A stretch of 64,000 nucleotides of DNA from a virus. Positions 13,721-24,835 of the stretch are shown here, one piece after another; position 1 is the stretch's first letter; every line of letters starts with the position of its first letter. Position numbers and translations under genes: made by a program. The notes under the pieces are model-generated. The model did no database searches. It saw only the letters and a program-made list of their open reading frames with translations, and was not told the DNA's origin. The stretch is taken from positions 1-64,000 of the IMG/VR virus record IMGVR_UViG_3300037628_000643; one strand, given 5' to 3'.

Positions 13721-13749
13721 ACTATACACGCTTAAACCAGTGTTTGCAA
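13721..13749 (-). promoter_or_regulatory. Sigma70-type early promoter
   Basis: TTGCAA-17 nt-TATAGT; same hexamers as 28747-28775. Confidence 0.75.
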
Positions 13750-13768
13750 GGGCTACAAAGGATATTTT

Positions 13769-14156
13769 AATAAAAAAGAATAAAAAGGAATTAATTTAAT
13801 TTTAATTAAACGCTTGAAACCCGCATGCTAGAGCCTCAAAACACACAAAAATTAATAAAAAGAATAAAAAGAATAAAAAGTAGCCTAGGAGAGTATAGGG
13901 GGATATGGGGTAGGAAAACTATAGAGACAAGAAAAGACCGGAGAAAGTATCCTTTTTTTCTTTTTATTAGAAAGAGAGAGAAGAAGAAGAGAAGAGAGAG
14001 GAGGGAGGAAGGTAGAGAGAGATGCTCTGTAGGGTAGAGACTGTATACTATATACTACTATTATTACTATTACTATTACTATTATTACTATTACTTCTTC
14101 TACTGTCTAACACTGTTCGATAAAAAGTACAACTTATACTTTTTATTCTTTTTATT
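13769..14156. repeat. Non-coding repeat region, putative replication origin
   Basis: AATAAAAAG 9-mers in both orientations, polypurine tract 13969-14022, TAC/TAT repeats 14045-14094. Confidence 0.55.
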
Positions 14157-14308
14157 AACCATTTTGTATAAAAAACAACCAATTTAGCTAAAAAGCAGAT
14201 ATGTGCAAATATGTCAGATAAGCAACAATAAAACCCCTTAGTTAGATATGATATACTGTAAGCACACTTAGTTATTTTAAAGCACACCTTTATATATGAG
14301 AGATATTT

Positions 14309-15202
14309 ATGATATTTGACACGCAAAAGCAAGCAAACTCTTTTGTTAAAGATCAACTTCACTATTTTGATTCAAAAGAAGATGTTATCAATGAGTACAA
14401 CTTACACTCTTTTGTTTCTAATATCAACCTGTCAGATACAAATATAGAGTACCGACATTGTCATTTTGTGATAGATTTACTGGTGTCAAATCATGGCGTA
14501 GTTAAAGACCGTGACGGAAGTCCCATTATGCCGTTCACTAATGACGGATGCCAGTGGATTAAACTCAAAGATGATAATGGTACGTGGAAAAAAAGAAAAG
14601 TGTCAACATTAATGGTCGGGGCATTCTCCAGCGGAGAGGCGAAGAGATCATCGTATAGATCACCATATAAGGTGAATACTTTATCAAATATCAACTATAG
14701 TTTGACCTTCTCACCCAATACGGTGATAAAAAGATTCGAATTTGAAAGCCAAGATGAGCTTGATGGGCTTTTATTCTCACACGATATTGCAAGCATAGCT
14801 GATGTTATGGAACACTTCAAAATATCCTTTGACGGGTATAAAGCCATGACTGGGCATTATTCGTGCAAAACAGGAGGTAGCGACACAAGTATTGTAACAG
14901 CTGAACATTTATTTAATGGTGTTAGATATAAAGTAAACAATTATGGGCTCATAAAGCAGTATGTTGGTGGAAAATGGATTAAAATAAGAAAACCATTTAT
15001 TAAAAAGGGAAGGCTGATCTTTAGGGTCTTAACAGATAATAGTGTGCGTGAGGTCGGTGTTGCAGCATTAATAGCCAGAGCATTTGGATGTAAACATGGT
15101 CGAATTATAGCGACTTGTATCGACGGAAACCCCTATAACGTGTGTCTTCGTAATTTATATTGGAAAGGATGTGGACACAAGCGATATTTTGACGTAAAAT
15201 AA
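14309..15202 (+). CDS. Degenerate tandem HNH-like protein
   Basis: VAALIARAF…ATCIDGNPYNVCLRNLYW resembles HNH_3 without the catalytic His; a weaker copy at KVSTLMVGAF. Confidence 0.55.
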   Translation: MIFDTQKQANSFVKDQLHYFDSKEDVINEYNLHSFVSNINLSDTNIEYRHCHFVIDLLVSNHGVVKDRDGSPIMPFTNDGCQWIKLKDDNGTWKKRKVSTLMVGAFSSGEAKRSSYRSPYKVNTLSNINYSLTFSPNTVIKRFEFESQDELDGLLFSHDIASIADVMEHFKISFDGYKAMTGHYSCKTGGSDTSIVTAEHLFNGVRYKVNNYGLIKQYVGGKWIKIRKPFIKKGRLIFRVLTDNSVREVGVAALIARAFGCKHGRIIATCIDGNPYNVCLRNLYWKGCGHKRYFDVK

Positions 15203-15224
15203 AAGTTTCCAATGGAGAAATAAT

Positions 15225-15569
15225 ATGATTGAAATTACAGAAGAGCACAATAAAGCATTTGAGAGCATGCTTAGATATACCTACTTGGCTTTAGGTCTCA
15301 AAGAGTGTAATCTTGAAAAGAATTATAAAGAGCATATAATTGGGCCTATTTTTGAAGAAATGAGCCATGTAGAAAAAAGAGCTAAAAATTTCGATGGCGA
15401 TATTATCTTGGAAACAATAACCCGTCTATGCGATTCTATAGCTGATGACCATACGAAGCGGAATGAACAATTTTCAAGGTTTGAGGTCGCAGCATCAATG
15501 ATAACAACCTATAATGGCGACAAGATGAAGGGGATTATATGGGGTGCAACAATATTTATTTCACAATAA
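15225..15569 (+). CDS. Hypothetical protein
   Basis: 114-aa ORF with GGAG RBS. Confidence 0.65.
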   Translation: MIEITEEHNKAFESMLRYTYLALGLKECNLEKNYKEHIIGPIFEEMSHVEKRAKNFDGDIILETITRLCDSIADDHTKRNEQFSRFEVAASMITTYNGDKMKGIIWGATIFISQ

Positions 15570-15635
15570 ACCTTGAAGTCACTGATATTTTGACGTATGA
15601 TTCATTCTCAATTCAACTAAAAAGGTAAATAAATT

Positions 15636-15851
15636 ATGTTTTCAATTAAATTCTTTAAAGATAATAACGAGAACACAGTGTCTGCGCCACATTACTCAAT
15701 CGAAAAATACGAGCATGGTGTCGGCATTACTGTGTATAAAAACTATTACGATGATGATGGTGTTGAAAGAATCGTTGGGGAGGATGATTACGATGTGTGT
15801 TTCATTGAAAATTCTGCTGGCAAGACTATAAATAGGATTAGTGCTAAGTAA
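15636..15851 (+). CDS. Small phage protein (FIEN-x-x-GKTI type)
   Basis: AAAAGGT RBS; C-terminus resembles that of ORF 58994 (YIMNESGKTI). Confidence 0.65.
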   Translation: MFSIKFFKDNNENTVSAPHYSIEKYEHGVGITVYKNYYDDDGVERIVGEDDYDVCFIENSAGKTINRISAK

Positions 15852-15873
15852 AGCTAGTTAAAGTGAAAGAAAG

Positions 15874-15908
15874 TGCTCATTAACGGCGATATATGCCGTT
15901 AATGAGCA
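15874..15908. terminator. 14-bp perfect hairpin between convergent genes
   Basis: TGCTCATTAACGGC-7 nt-GCCGTTAATGAGCA. Confidence 0.75.
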
Positions 15909-16201
15909 GAAAAGTGCACGCTATACCCACTCTTCTTTCGCGTATGTCTTTTCAATTGAGGATATACGCTCAGGTTCATCAGTAAGTAATTTGTGCCTAA
16001 AAACATTTATAACGCTTTGTGTACCGTACTCACTCATAGGCTCAAGATCCCTAAGTATATGTCCACCACTATCTATCTGTGCTCCTACCCATGAATTAAG
16101 GTTTGAATGGTGCTTAAGATTGTCTCTTTCTTTATCAGAAGTGAAAACAAGCTTGACACCGACTGACAACATCCATATGCCGAACTTTCTTTTGAGTTGT
16201 C

Positions 16202-16600
16202 TCATGACTTAAACCCATAATTCAACACCCTTGCAGTCCGATGTAAATCTTCATCTACATAAGCAATGCCACCATTGCCTCTCACCAAATCACACACCGC
16301 CTGAAGACTCTTTAGTTGTGCAGCACCGAATCCGTCAGGGATAATATGCAGGATAGTTACTTTCCCTTTAGTGTTGCTCGACTGAACAGCTTCTGCAATA
16401 GAATAGGCGCCAATCATAGCTGATGTAATGACATAAAGATGAATATTGCACTTGTTTTCTTTTTCGTTATTCTCAATTGCAATACACTTACTCGTCCAAG
16501 CATAGACAACAGGATTGAAATAATCGACCTGAATGACTTTGATTAGTTCTTCGCGCCAAGTGGTTTCACAGCAGGTTCCCCCTAAAAATATTCTGTTCAT
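16202..16600 (-). CDS. Nucleoside 2-deoxyribosyltransferase-like protein
   Basis: RIFLGGTC…WRE…YFNPVV…LYVITS…YSIAEAV. Confidence 0.7.
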   Translation of the reverse strand: MNRIFLGGTCCETTWREELIKVIQVDYFNPVVYAWTSKCIAIENNEKENKCNIHLYVITSAMIGAYSIAEAVQSSNTKGKVTILHIIPDGFGAAQLKSLQAVCDLVRGNGGIAYVDEDLHRTARVLNYGFKS

Positions 16601-19183
16601 AATTTTTCAACCCTTATCCTGTATTCTGGAGTTCCATCCGGCTTGGATATCAAAATATCTTCACCGTGTTTATTTTTAAAATGTTCTGCATGTTGAGCAA
16701 CAGCAACCAATGCTTCAATAGTTACATCTCTCTTCTTTGCTCCCCAAGTTCTCCCGTCTTTCAGTACATTTCCGCAAAATATTGCCCCAGTTAACGGGCT
16801 CATTGCTATGTGTAAATCGCTCATAGTCTTTCTCCTGTTTTATTAATCGCATTAATCATCCAAAGCATCCTCTCTGATAAATTCAATTGCAGTACTGACT
16901 CCACAATCTCCGTCCCATCCGAAGCTCCAGTTCTCTACAGTGGTAGCCATTTCGTTTATTGCTAATCTTAATTTATCGTTTTCATTTTTTAGTGATTCAT
17001 TTTGAGACTTGTTACGCAACACCTGACCAAACAAGTGGCAGTTCCACCCTTGAGATTCAGACTTTGCGAATATTTCTCTCGCTTGATCTTCGTCATTGAT
17101 AATTACATTCTCACGATCTTGATCCTCAAAGACCAAAATCCAATATCGATCTTGAGTCACTCCGTCGCTAACTGGAGCACATAGTTCGCCCTTACCAGTA
17201 TTGGCTGGATCTAAAGGCATGTCTTTCATGATATTCCCTCCGACTTTCTATATTTAGCATCATAAAATGCATCTGTTCTCTGTTCCAGCTTTTGCTTCCA
17301 TTGTTCTGCATCACCAAAGTTTCGTTCGTTTTCACTCTCAAAGAAGCCAGATGCACAATAGGCTATCTCTTCAAGTTTTTTATTTTGCTCGGTATGAAGC
17401 TCGTTAGCGACTATCAGAATAGCTTCACGGTTTTTTGCCATATTGGTAGCCTCTTCCCACGCCAAAAATGCAACCTTCTTCTTTGTGCCCCACGAGTTCT
17501 GGTCTCTGTCTAATTCAGCATACATAGGGTTTCCATAATTCACTCGCAGCCAGTATTCTTCAAAATCTTTCATAGTTTCTCCTATTAATATTCTATTTCA
17601 ACCCAAAACTTCCATATATGAAGACAATAGTGATGTCCGTCATAATAGAAATAAGCAAAGTCAAATTGAGGCTTGCCTTCCCACTGTTCAAATCCACAAG
17701 ACCATTTACCGTAACGCATTGCTCGTATAAAAAATTTCATGATCCTATTCCGTTAATTGTTGATTATTGATCTGTGTCAATTAATTCCTGTTCCTTCGAT
17801 TCAAGAATGTAGTCAACGAAGATCATTTTTAATTCAGCTATTTCCATTTTTACTTCTGCGTAGGCTTCTTTACTTATTTCCTTTTGCCCATACTGGTATT
17901 TCATATCAACTCTTTCAAGTCGATCATTAATCATCTTCATAACTAATGAAGCTTTAACTTTGTGATCCATTAAATTGCTGCTCATATTCATCTCTCCTGT
18001 AGCTCAGAATTAAGGGCTTTTTTCATCTTTTTAATCCGTTCAAGATACGGATCAAGTTCTTCAATTGATATTAATTCATCAATTGGAATCGCATCAATTT
18101 CGTCATGGTTCTTTGCGTAGTTTTTGGCATATTTTTTAGTGTAAATTTCAGCCATTAAAACCCTATTCACATACCCACAATTATCATGCGCGTAATACAT
18201 TCCATTCTTTTTTAATACATACAACATCGTTTTCTCCTATAATTAAGAAGCCCACGAAGGGCAATGCTATTGATTTTTAGGCCATATAAGCGCGTCAGCT
18301 TTTCCGGTGAATACCATCCACGCACACTTGATTCTGTGCTTAAATGAGAAGTATCCAAAAGGTCTTGCTATTACCCATTCGCCGCCTAGTCTAACTTGCG
18401 TTTCTTTAGCTGTGCTAATTAATTCACATGCTCCGAAAATGCTTGGTGCTTTTTTCATTGCTATCTGCCTCTCTGTTATTATGATATCTCATTAACCTGC
18501 TTTAACTGATCTAATGTCGCTCCACCAGAGACACAAACACATCCTTGGATATACCCAAGCCATCTATGGGCTTTTTCTCCTGATACCTCATCGGTAATGA
18601 TCTTATCTACCATATCGTACATATGATTTTTGCCGAAAGACTGGTTCATATCCGGTAAATCTGAGTTATCTATGTGTTTGACCATGTTCATTGCTGCTAT
18701 TTTGATGTTCATGTTTTCTCCCTCTCAAGCTTCCGAAACTCTTTTATCTTGTCATCTCTATCACTTTCTTTATCGAAAAGACAGGGTTCACCATTCTCTG
18801 CTACGTGGTGCCACACACCAGTAATCCCATGCCTAGCCTGTATTCCGAATTTTTGTACATATTTTTCTTTATCGAACCATTCGTGTTTTCTGAATTTCAT
18901 GATTTTCTCCTAAATTATTCATAATCACCAACTTTCCTTGCATCCATATCAACTTCAACATTGATTTCGACTTTTATATCGAACTCAAACTCTTTATCGC
19001 AGTGGTCACACTCTCGATACTCAGACTCCTTCTTATTTATAGTTGGATAGCTTAAGTATTGGCTTTCGAAGTCAATTGGATTGACCTTGCCGCAATGCGG
19101 ACATTGAATATCAAACTTAGTAGGCAAGTAAAACCGCTTTATTTCAAGTTCGAATTTACCTTTTGCTTTAATTTTTTTAACAG

Positions 19184-19477
19184 TCATTTCTCACTCCTCT
19201 TATCCCACAAATTAACAATATCTTTTCTCAAAGAATTCTCATGTGCCGCATATATCTCTTCTTCTTTAGCTCTTAAATCTGGATCGAGCCTAAAGTCATA
19301 TGCGGCATAATTACTAAATTCAGAAAACGTATCTACACGAATCTTTTTTGTAGAAGCACCACAAGAAGTGCACTCAACACTCAGATGCCTTGACCTCCAT
19401 ATGTGAGTACCGTCTGTCGTGAAATCAAACTCTTCACGAAGTACGGCTTTCGAGCTGCAGTGCGGACATTTTTTCAT
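19184..19477 (-). CDS. Lar-like Zn-ribbon protein
   Basis: KKCPHC…VECTSCGAST…WDKR. Confidence 0.5.
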   Translation of the reverse strand: MKKCPHCSSKAVLREEFDFTTDGTHIWRSRHLSVECTSCGASTKKIRVDTFSEFSNYAAYDFRLDPDLRAKEEEIYAAHENSLRKDIVNLWDKRSEK

Positions 19478-20005
19478 TTTTTCTCTCCTTGTGTTAGTTT
19501 GAATCAGTTATGTATCGACATCTTCTCCAAGGAAAACCATTGGCGCACCGTCTTTGTTGTATTCTACTGTGCACTCATTCATGATCCCGTTTTCACTTAT
19601 ATGTGTATAATTTCCATTGACAAATTCAAGTCCTTTTTCTGGGAGTAATGTATCGCCATATTCATCAATATCCTTTTCTTTAACCCTCATGATTTTTATT
19701 GTCACTTCCTTCGTTAGTCGCTCAACACCTCCTGAAGATGCAGTATACCAAGCGCAGCCTTTAACACCCTTACGACCAACTGAAATCTCATAGGCTCCAT
19801 CTCTCATGCAAACACCCAGTTGCTCCCCTTCAGCAGTCTCAAACAAAACACCGCTGAATGCCTCCTCTATAACTAGTTCGCATTTTTCGTTTGCTACGAT
19901 CTTCATCATTAATCCTCACTCAAAACAAAGCCCAGCCCAGAAGAATTCCGAGCACAAAGCAGAAAAAACAGACCAAACAAATTAGCCCGATTATAATTTT
20001 ACCCA

Positions 20006-20458
20006 TTACGTCTTTTTGCCACCGTCTTTTCTTCGGTTTTCAACCTTGTGGTCTTGTCTCTGTTTGTTGTATGCCATTTTCTCAACCAAGGCACCAGCGA
20101 CATCAAGATCATGTCCTCCACAATAATCAAAGATTCGAATTAGTGCGTCAGCCATTTCGACTTCTTCAGCTTTTCTGTGGGGTAGATGATCATCCATTGC
20201 GTTTTTTCTGACGCCCTCATACGCCTCAGATATCTCTGAGTGTATCAAAGTCATCATTTCACCCTTATTTCTATCCAATCTTTCTCCCGTATCAATATCA
20301 TGCCACCACTTAGCCTCTTCTGATGCCTTGAAACAAGTGTCTGATAATAACTGTACTGCATTTCTTACGTCTGTCATTGGTGTTTTATTGATTGGAAAGT
20401 TTTTAGCACTATCTGCTTTCTCTTTTGCGGTTCTACTGCAATCGTACATATTGATCAT
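20006..20458 (-). CDS. MazG-like NTP pyrophosphohydrolase
   Basis: LIHSEISEAYEG…EVEMADALIRIFD…KMAYNKQR. Confidence 0.85.
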   Translation of the reverse strand: MINMYDCSRTAKEKADSAKNFPINKTPMTDVRNAVQLLSDTCFKASEEAKWWHDIDTGERLDRNKGEMMTLIHSEISEAYEGVRKNAMDDHLPHRKAEEVEMADALIRIFDYCGGHDLDVAGALVEKMAYNKQRQDHKVENRRKDGGKKT

Positions 20459-22793
20459 AGTTCTATTCCTCTTTTTCCTTTACTGTTTCTGATAAATCAT
20501 GAATTGTTGAGCAATTTCTGCATGTTATGTATACTGCTGGCAATTGATAATCTCCATAATCATGCCCTTTTTCATGAATCTGAAAAAATAAGTCATCTGG
20601 CCTTTCATTAGTTGCTAAGCATCCGCAGTTGCCACAAATTACATGTAGTCTTGCGTTAACCATTATTACCTCGCGCATCGTATCCATGTGTAAAAATTAA
20701 GAAGTACTCGCGTATGCTAATGTAGTCATACATTAGATTGTTATCCGAAAGAACTTCATCTTCAGCCATGCTAAACCATTCATCTATAAATGCTTGTGCA
20801 GCCTCAGTAGATGCGTCTGAGTTACTTATCCATGGGAAAGATATCTCTCGGATATCATCTTTAGTCAGGATTGAACCATCTTTTGCTATTACAGCTTCTA
20901 TCATTATTCGCTATCCTTCGGTTTAGATTCTCGTAGAAGCGGCCCTAAGCCTATAGCACCCTCATCCCAGTATTCTGAACAGTAGACCATATGATTATAG
21001 TGCATGATCGTTTCACCGTCGTCATCAAGCAGCCCTTGATCGCCATACAAACCCTTAATTGTCCATTCGCAATCCTCTGCTTCATCTCCAAGGATTTCTT
21101 CGTCTTGTTTTTCAGAAAGACAAATTCCTGCGAATTCTGCTAGCTCAGCTATTTGTTTTGATGTTAAAATCACCTCTTGCTTTGCTTCTAGACGCTTTAT
21201 CTCTGCCTCTAGACCAGAGACCGTTCCAATAGGATGCACCTCAAAATCGTCACTCATTTCCATTTCTCCATCTCAGTTCGAACATAAATCATACCAGCAA
21301 AATTCAGAATGTCAACCCAGTCTCCTTTGTCGAGATGATCTATGAGCATTTGCTTAAGATCTTCAATGGAGCATTGATCAGGGTCGTGCCAGCCTCCGTA
21401 GCCTTCTGCTCTTTTTTGTGCCAGTTTCTGGCTCATAACCATATAAACACGATTTAGCATTTCATCATCTGCTGCTTTATCTTGATTAACGCGCTCTCCT
21501 ACGTGTTTTTCAAACATTCGTAACCAATAAGGTTTCTCATTTTTTGTCAAAATTATTCTCCTATAAATATTTGTCGATATATCCTTGATATTTATCTATC
21601 ATCACTTGAATATCATAGATTTTATCGCTAATAACTTTATTTACATCTCTTTCATACTCAAGACCAACAAGTTCAACTTCGAGCAAATCTACAAGCAATA
21701 AGAGCTCGGAACCCTCGAAAACATGTGCAATATGTACGGGATCTTTCCATAAAGATCGCATACTCACACTCCTCCAAACTCTGTTGAAAAACCCTTTAGC
21801 GCATCCAATACAGTAAAGTTATAATAACTACCAAAATATTTAGACTTCACGCCTTGAACGCTTGCGTCTTTGAGATACATCTTTGCAGTACTAATGGCTT
21901 TTTGTGCGGAATGGCAATGAATACCTAAGCAATCAATATTGTAATACTCCGAAGAATCAAAGTCAGTCACTGCGATGAAAACTTTATGTGTCATTGTCTA
22001 CTTCCTTATAGAATACTTGATTGGGATTGTAAATTGTTTGATAGCTGCCGTCTTCGAAAATAACTGAGTAAATATCGCCACCAATGAATCCTTCGGGCAT
22101 ATCCTCTAGAATAATATTAGTTACGCTACCTTTCCCAACTTCATAGACATCATAGTCTTCACCCCACATATCATTAGCTTCGCCACATTGACGCCAATTG
22201 TAATGGAGCTTTACGCATACAGATTTTGTGTTCATTGTTCGTCCTCCTCAAAAATATAGCTCTTATCCATCACCTTCTCAAATTGCTCTATTGAATAAAA
22301 TATTTCATTAGCCTCAACAACCTTAACGTCTTTATTATTGAGAATAAATCCTCCACCAGTCCCGAAGCAATGCGAATGGTATGGCGATGAATTAATCGCT
22401 TCGTAGTCGTCAGGAGCTTCGTCATATTCAGCAAATAACTTCATATGCAAGTCATGTCTAACTGACCATTCAATTAACTTGACTTTAACCTCTTCGGCTA
22501 GCTCCTTTGTTGCAAAAGGGCCAAATGTGTCGTGATCTTCATAGCTTGAGATTATTACTTTGTATGTTTTCATTAAGTGAAGCTGCATTTTGGACAAGGG
22601 CATGATATCCCATGAATACAAGCTCCTCCGCCATTAACCTTCATTCCAGATCCATGGCACTCTGGACAGGCATCATGAAGGCACTGTTCTTGTCGGTCAT
22701 TATTTAGCATGCATGGACATTTATCTGCGCCATTTTGAGACCCAATACAGAAGCATGGGTTTGCAGCCTTGGTATTATTTGATGTGTAGTGCA

Positions 22794-23168
22794 TTAACCC
22801 TCCTTAATCGTCATATCCGAAGTCTCCATAGAGAATGTTTCGCAGCGTGTAATTTTAAATCCTGCAGAACCATCCATCTTGGGCCATCCTTCCGTATCAC
22901 AATTATTGTACTTATCATCATAATCAAATGCACTAACAACACCAAATGTATTGTAGTCATTGCAATATGCGATATAAAAAGCTTCTCGTGCTAGCATTTT
23001 TAAGACTGCATTCAGAACTGAGCCCTCCTTTGTTACGCGATATTTATCATTACCCCAGAAGCTATTAATCTCGTGAAGCATTTCTCCTGTAGCGATGTCA
23101 TGATCAATTTCGATATGAATTTCAGCTTTCCAATCCCAGTCAATTTTGTATTTTTTAATGTTGCTCAT
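22794..23168 (-). CDS. DUF2528-like phage protein
   Basis: LHEINSFW…EGWPKMDGSAGFKI. Confidence 0.55.
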   Translation of the reverse strand: MSNIKKYKIDWDWKAEIHIEIDHDIATGEMLHEINSFWGNDKYRVTKEGSVLNAVLKMLAREAFYIAYCNDYNTFGVVSAFDYDDKYNNCDTEGWPKMDGSAGFKITRCETFSMETSDMTIKEG

Positions 23169-23252
23169 TTATTTTTCTCCTTGAATCAGTTAACATGCTT
23201 TATATGTCACATTAACTATGTTTTTGGCACTTAATATGCCTTATATGGCATA

Positions 23253-24308
23253 TTAACCCCACATAATCTCTTGACAATCCATTAGCACTTTTGTAGCTAG
23301 ATTGACATTTGGCTTCTTTCGAAGATCAGTCTTTTTGTATAAGACTTCACGAATGTATTTATCTTTACTTTCTGCATACTTGATTAGCTCATTATAAGTC
23401 CATGCGCCATTTCTGATGCTTAATAACTCTTCTGCATCTGGTCGCTTGACAATGACTCCATCTCCTTTAAGGATTTCTTCCCCCATTTTTAAAAGGCGAA
23501 CTAAGTGCATTCCGTGCTTGAAATCGACGCCGAACTTTTCTTCAAGCTCTGCTCGCACTGGATTTCGATTTTTCTTCCACTCCCAGTAGCCACGATGACG
23601 CTCTTTGGCAAATTTCCATTCTTCTTCGTTGTATTTGATAATAAACTGAAGCTCGCCTTTTGGCTCCTCATTCTTTAGTTGCTTTATAGAAATATTAAAA
23701 TCCCCATCAACTGTAAGCGCATTTGGATCACCGCCACTAAAGTATGCGCCGAAGATATTTCCTCCAAAATGAACCAGCCTAGTGTTTGATAGATATGACA
23801 TATTGAAGTTGCTATTGAAAGATTTCGCTCCTGTAAAGTTCTGCACAAGCTTAATGTAATTACTTCTTAGTGGAGCCTCAACTGGTTCAGGAGAATTAAT
23901 CCATTTTTTATGTCCCTTAATCCGTTTCAGTTGTGATGATGCATATCCACTAAACGTAAATGCTACCTTTGACGACAGTAAGTCTTCACGATGACTAAGA
24001 AGATAATTAAACGCCTCGTCATTCGTCTGTATCAGAGAGCTATCATCAACCCATAATGACTCAAGGATATTCGGATTGGCGCCAAGATACAAATCCATAA
24101 AATGCGTCAGCTCAAGAACCTTTCCATCCTCTTCATCTGGTAGCGTTATTTCTCGAACATTGTGCCAAGGTGTTAATGCGTACTTTTTTGGCGCACAAAA
24201 GATCCCTCGAATATCAACATCGGATGTCGGAAGGTTGGTTCCATACGCCAATGATCCAGCATAGTGTTTAACTATAATGTTGTTGTCGTTCAATTCATGA
24301 GCTTGCAT
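23253..24308 (-). CDS. Pol-beta superfamily nucleotidyltransferase (RlaP/Nuc-transf-like)
   Basis: GSLAYGTNLPTSDVDIRGIF; ANPNILESLW; KHGMHLVRLL…RPDAEELLSIRNG. Confidence 0.85.
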   Translation of the reverse strand: MQAHELNDNNIIVKHYAGSLAYGTNLPTSDVDIRGIFCAPKKYALTPWHNVREITLPDEEDGKVLELTHFMDLYLGANPNILESLWVDDSSLIQTNDEAFNYLLSHREDLLSSKVAFTFSGYASSQLKRIKGHKKWINSPEPVEAPLRSNYIKLVQNFTGAKSFNSNFNMSYLSNTRLVHFGGNIFGAYFSGGDPNALTVDGDFNISIKQLKNEEPKGELQFIIKYNEEEWKFAKERHRGYWEWKKNRNPVRAELEEKFGVDFKHGMHLVRLLKMGEEILKGDGVIVKRPDAEELLSIRNGAWTYNELIKYAESKDKYIREVLYKKTDLRKKPNVNLATKVLMDCQEIMWG

Positions 24309-24835
24309 TTTGCTACCCTCTCTGCTAGTTCGATTTCGTATTCATTAAGATCGTGAGTGAATGCCGTTCCGCAATAATCTGGATTATCTTTACTGTGCTT
24401 CGCGTGAGCGCTTCTCTCCTTAACAAAATTAAATATCTCCTCTGGAAGAATGACGCCAACATTAGTCAGTGCTCCATTTAGAGCGTCTTCAGTTTCTTTG
24501 AAGCATGCAAAGGGATATTCTCCTCCATAAACCTCAACTCTTTGAAGAAGATCTAAAGTATCATTTAGATCTGAAGAGTATCCGCCATTAACAATAATAG
24601 TAGTCTTATGATTTTTAGCCCAATCGAAAAGCATTTCTTGTTGCGGACTTCTGTTCTGTGTAATCTTATATCCCATACTCTCAATACTTTCAATAGCAAC
24701 GAAATCTGCATATGTCGGCTGGTATTTCAAAAACATTTCAACCGTCGTATGCTGGCTCTGTATCCCTGCTCCTATCCCGCTTATGTACATGTTCTGAAAA
24801 AAATATGCTCTTAATTCACTATTAGTTGAACTCAT
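24290..24835 (-). CDS. Peptidyl-tRNA hydrolase 2 (PTH2)-like protein
   Basis: AGIQSQH, WAKNHKTTIIVNGG and FKETEDALNGALTNVG match the PTH2-like fold pattern. Confidence 0.6.
   Translation of the reverse strand: MSSTNSELRAYFFQNMYISGIGAGIQSQHTTVEMFLKYQPTYADFVAIESIESMGYKITQNRSPQQEMLFDWAKNHKTTIIVNGGYSSDLNDTLDLLQRVEVYGGEYPFACFKETEDALNGALTNVGVILPEEIFNFVKERSAHAKHSKDNPDYCGTAFTHDLNEYEIELAERVAKCKLMN

Larger units (their letters stand above)
15921..23168 (-). other. Second array of small leftward hypothetical genes, many with CxxC Zn-ribbon motifs
   Basis: Packed minus-strand ORFs with RBSs. Confidence 0.8.

Noticed and set aside
13825-14362. ORFs 13825..14037 (+) and 14048..14362 (-)
   Set aside because: Translations of low-complexity repeats
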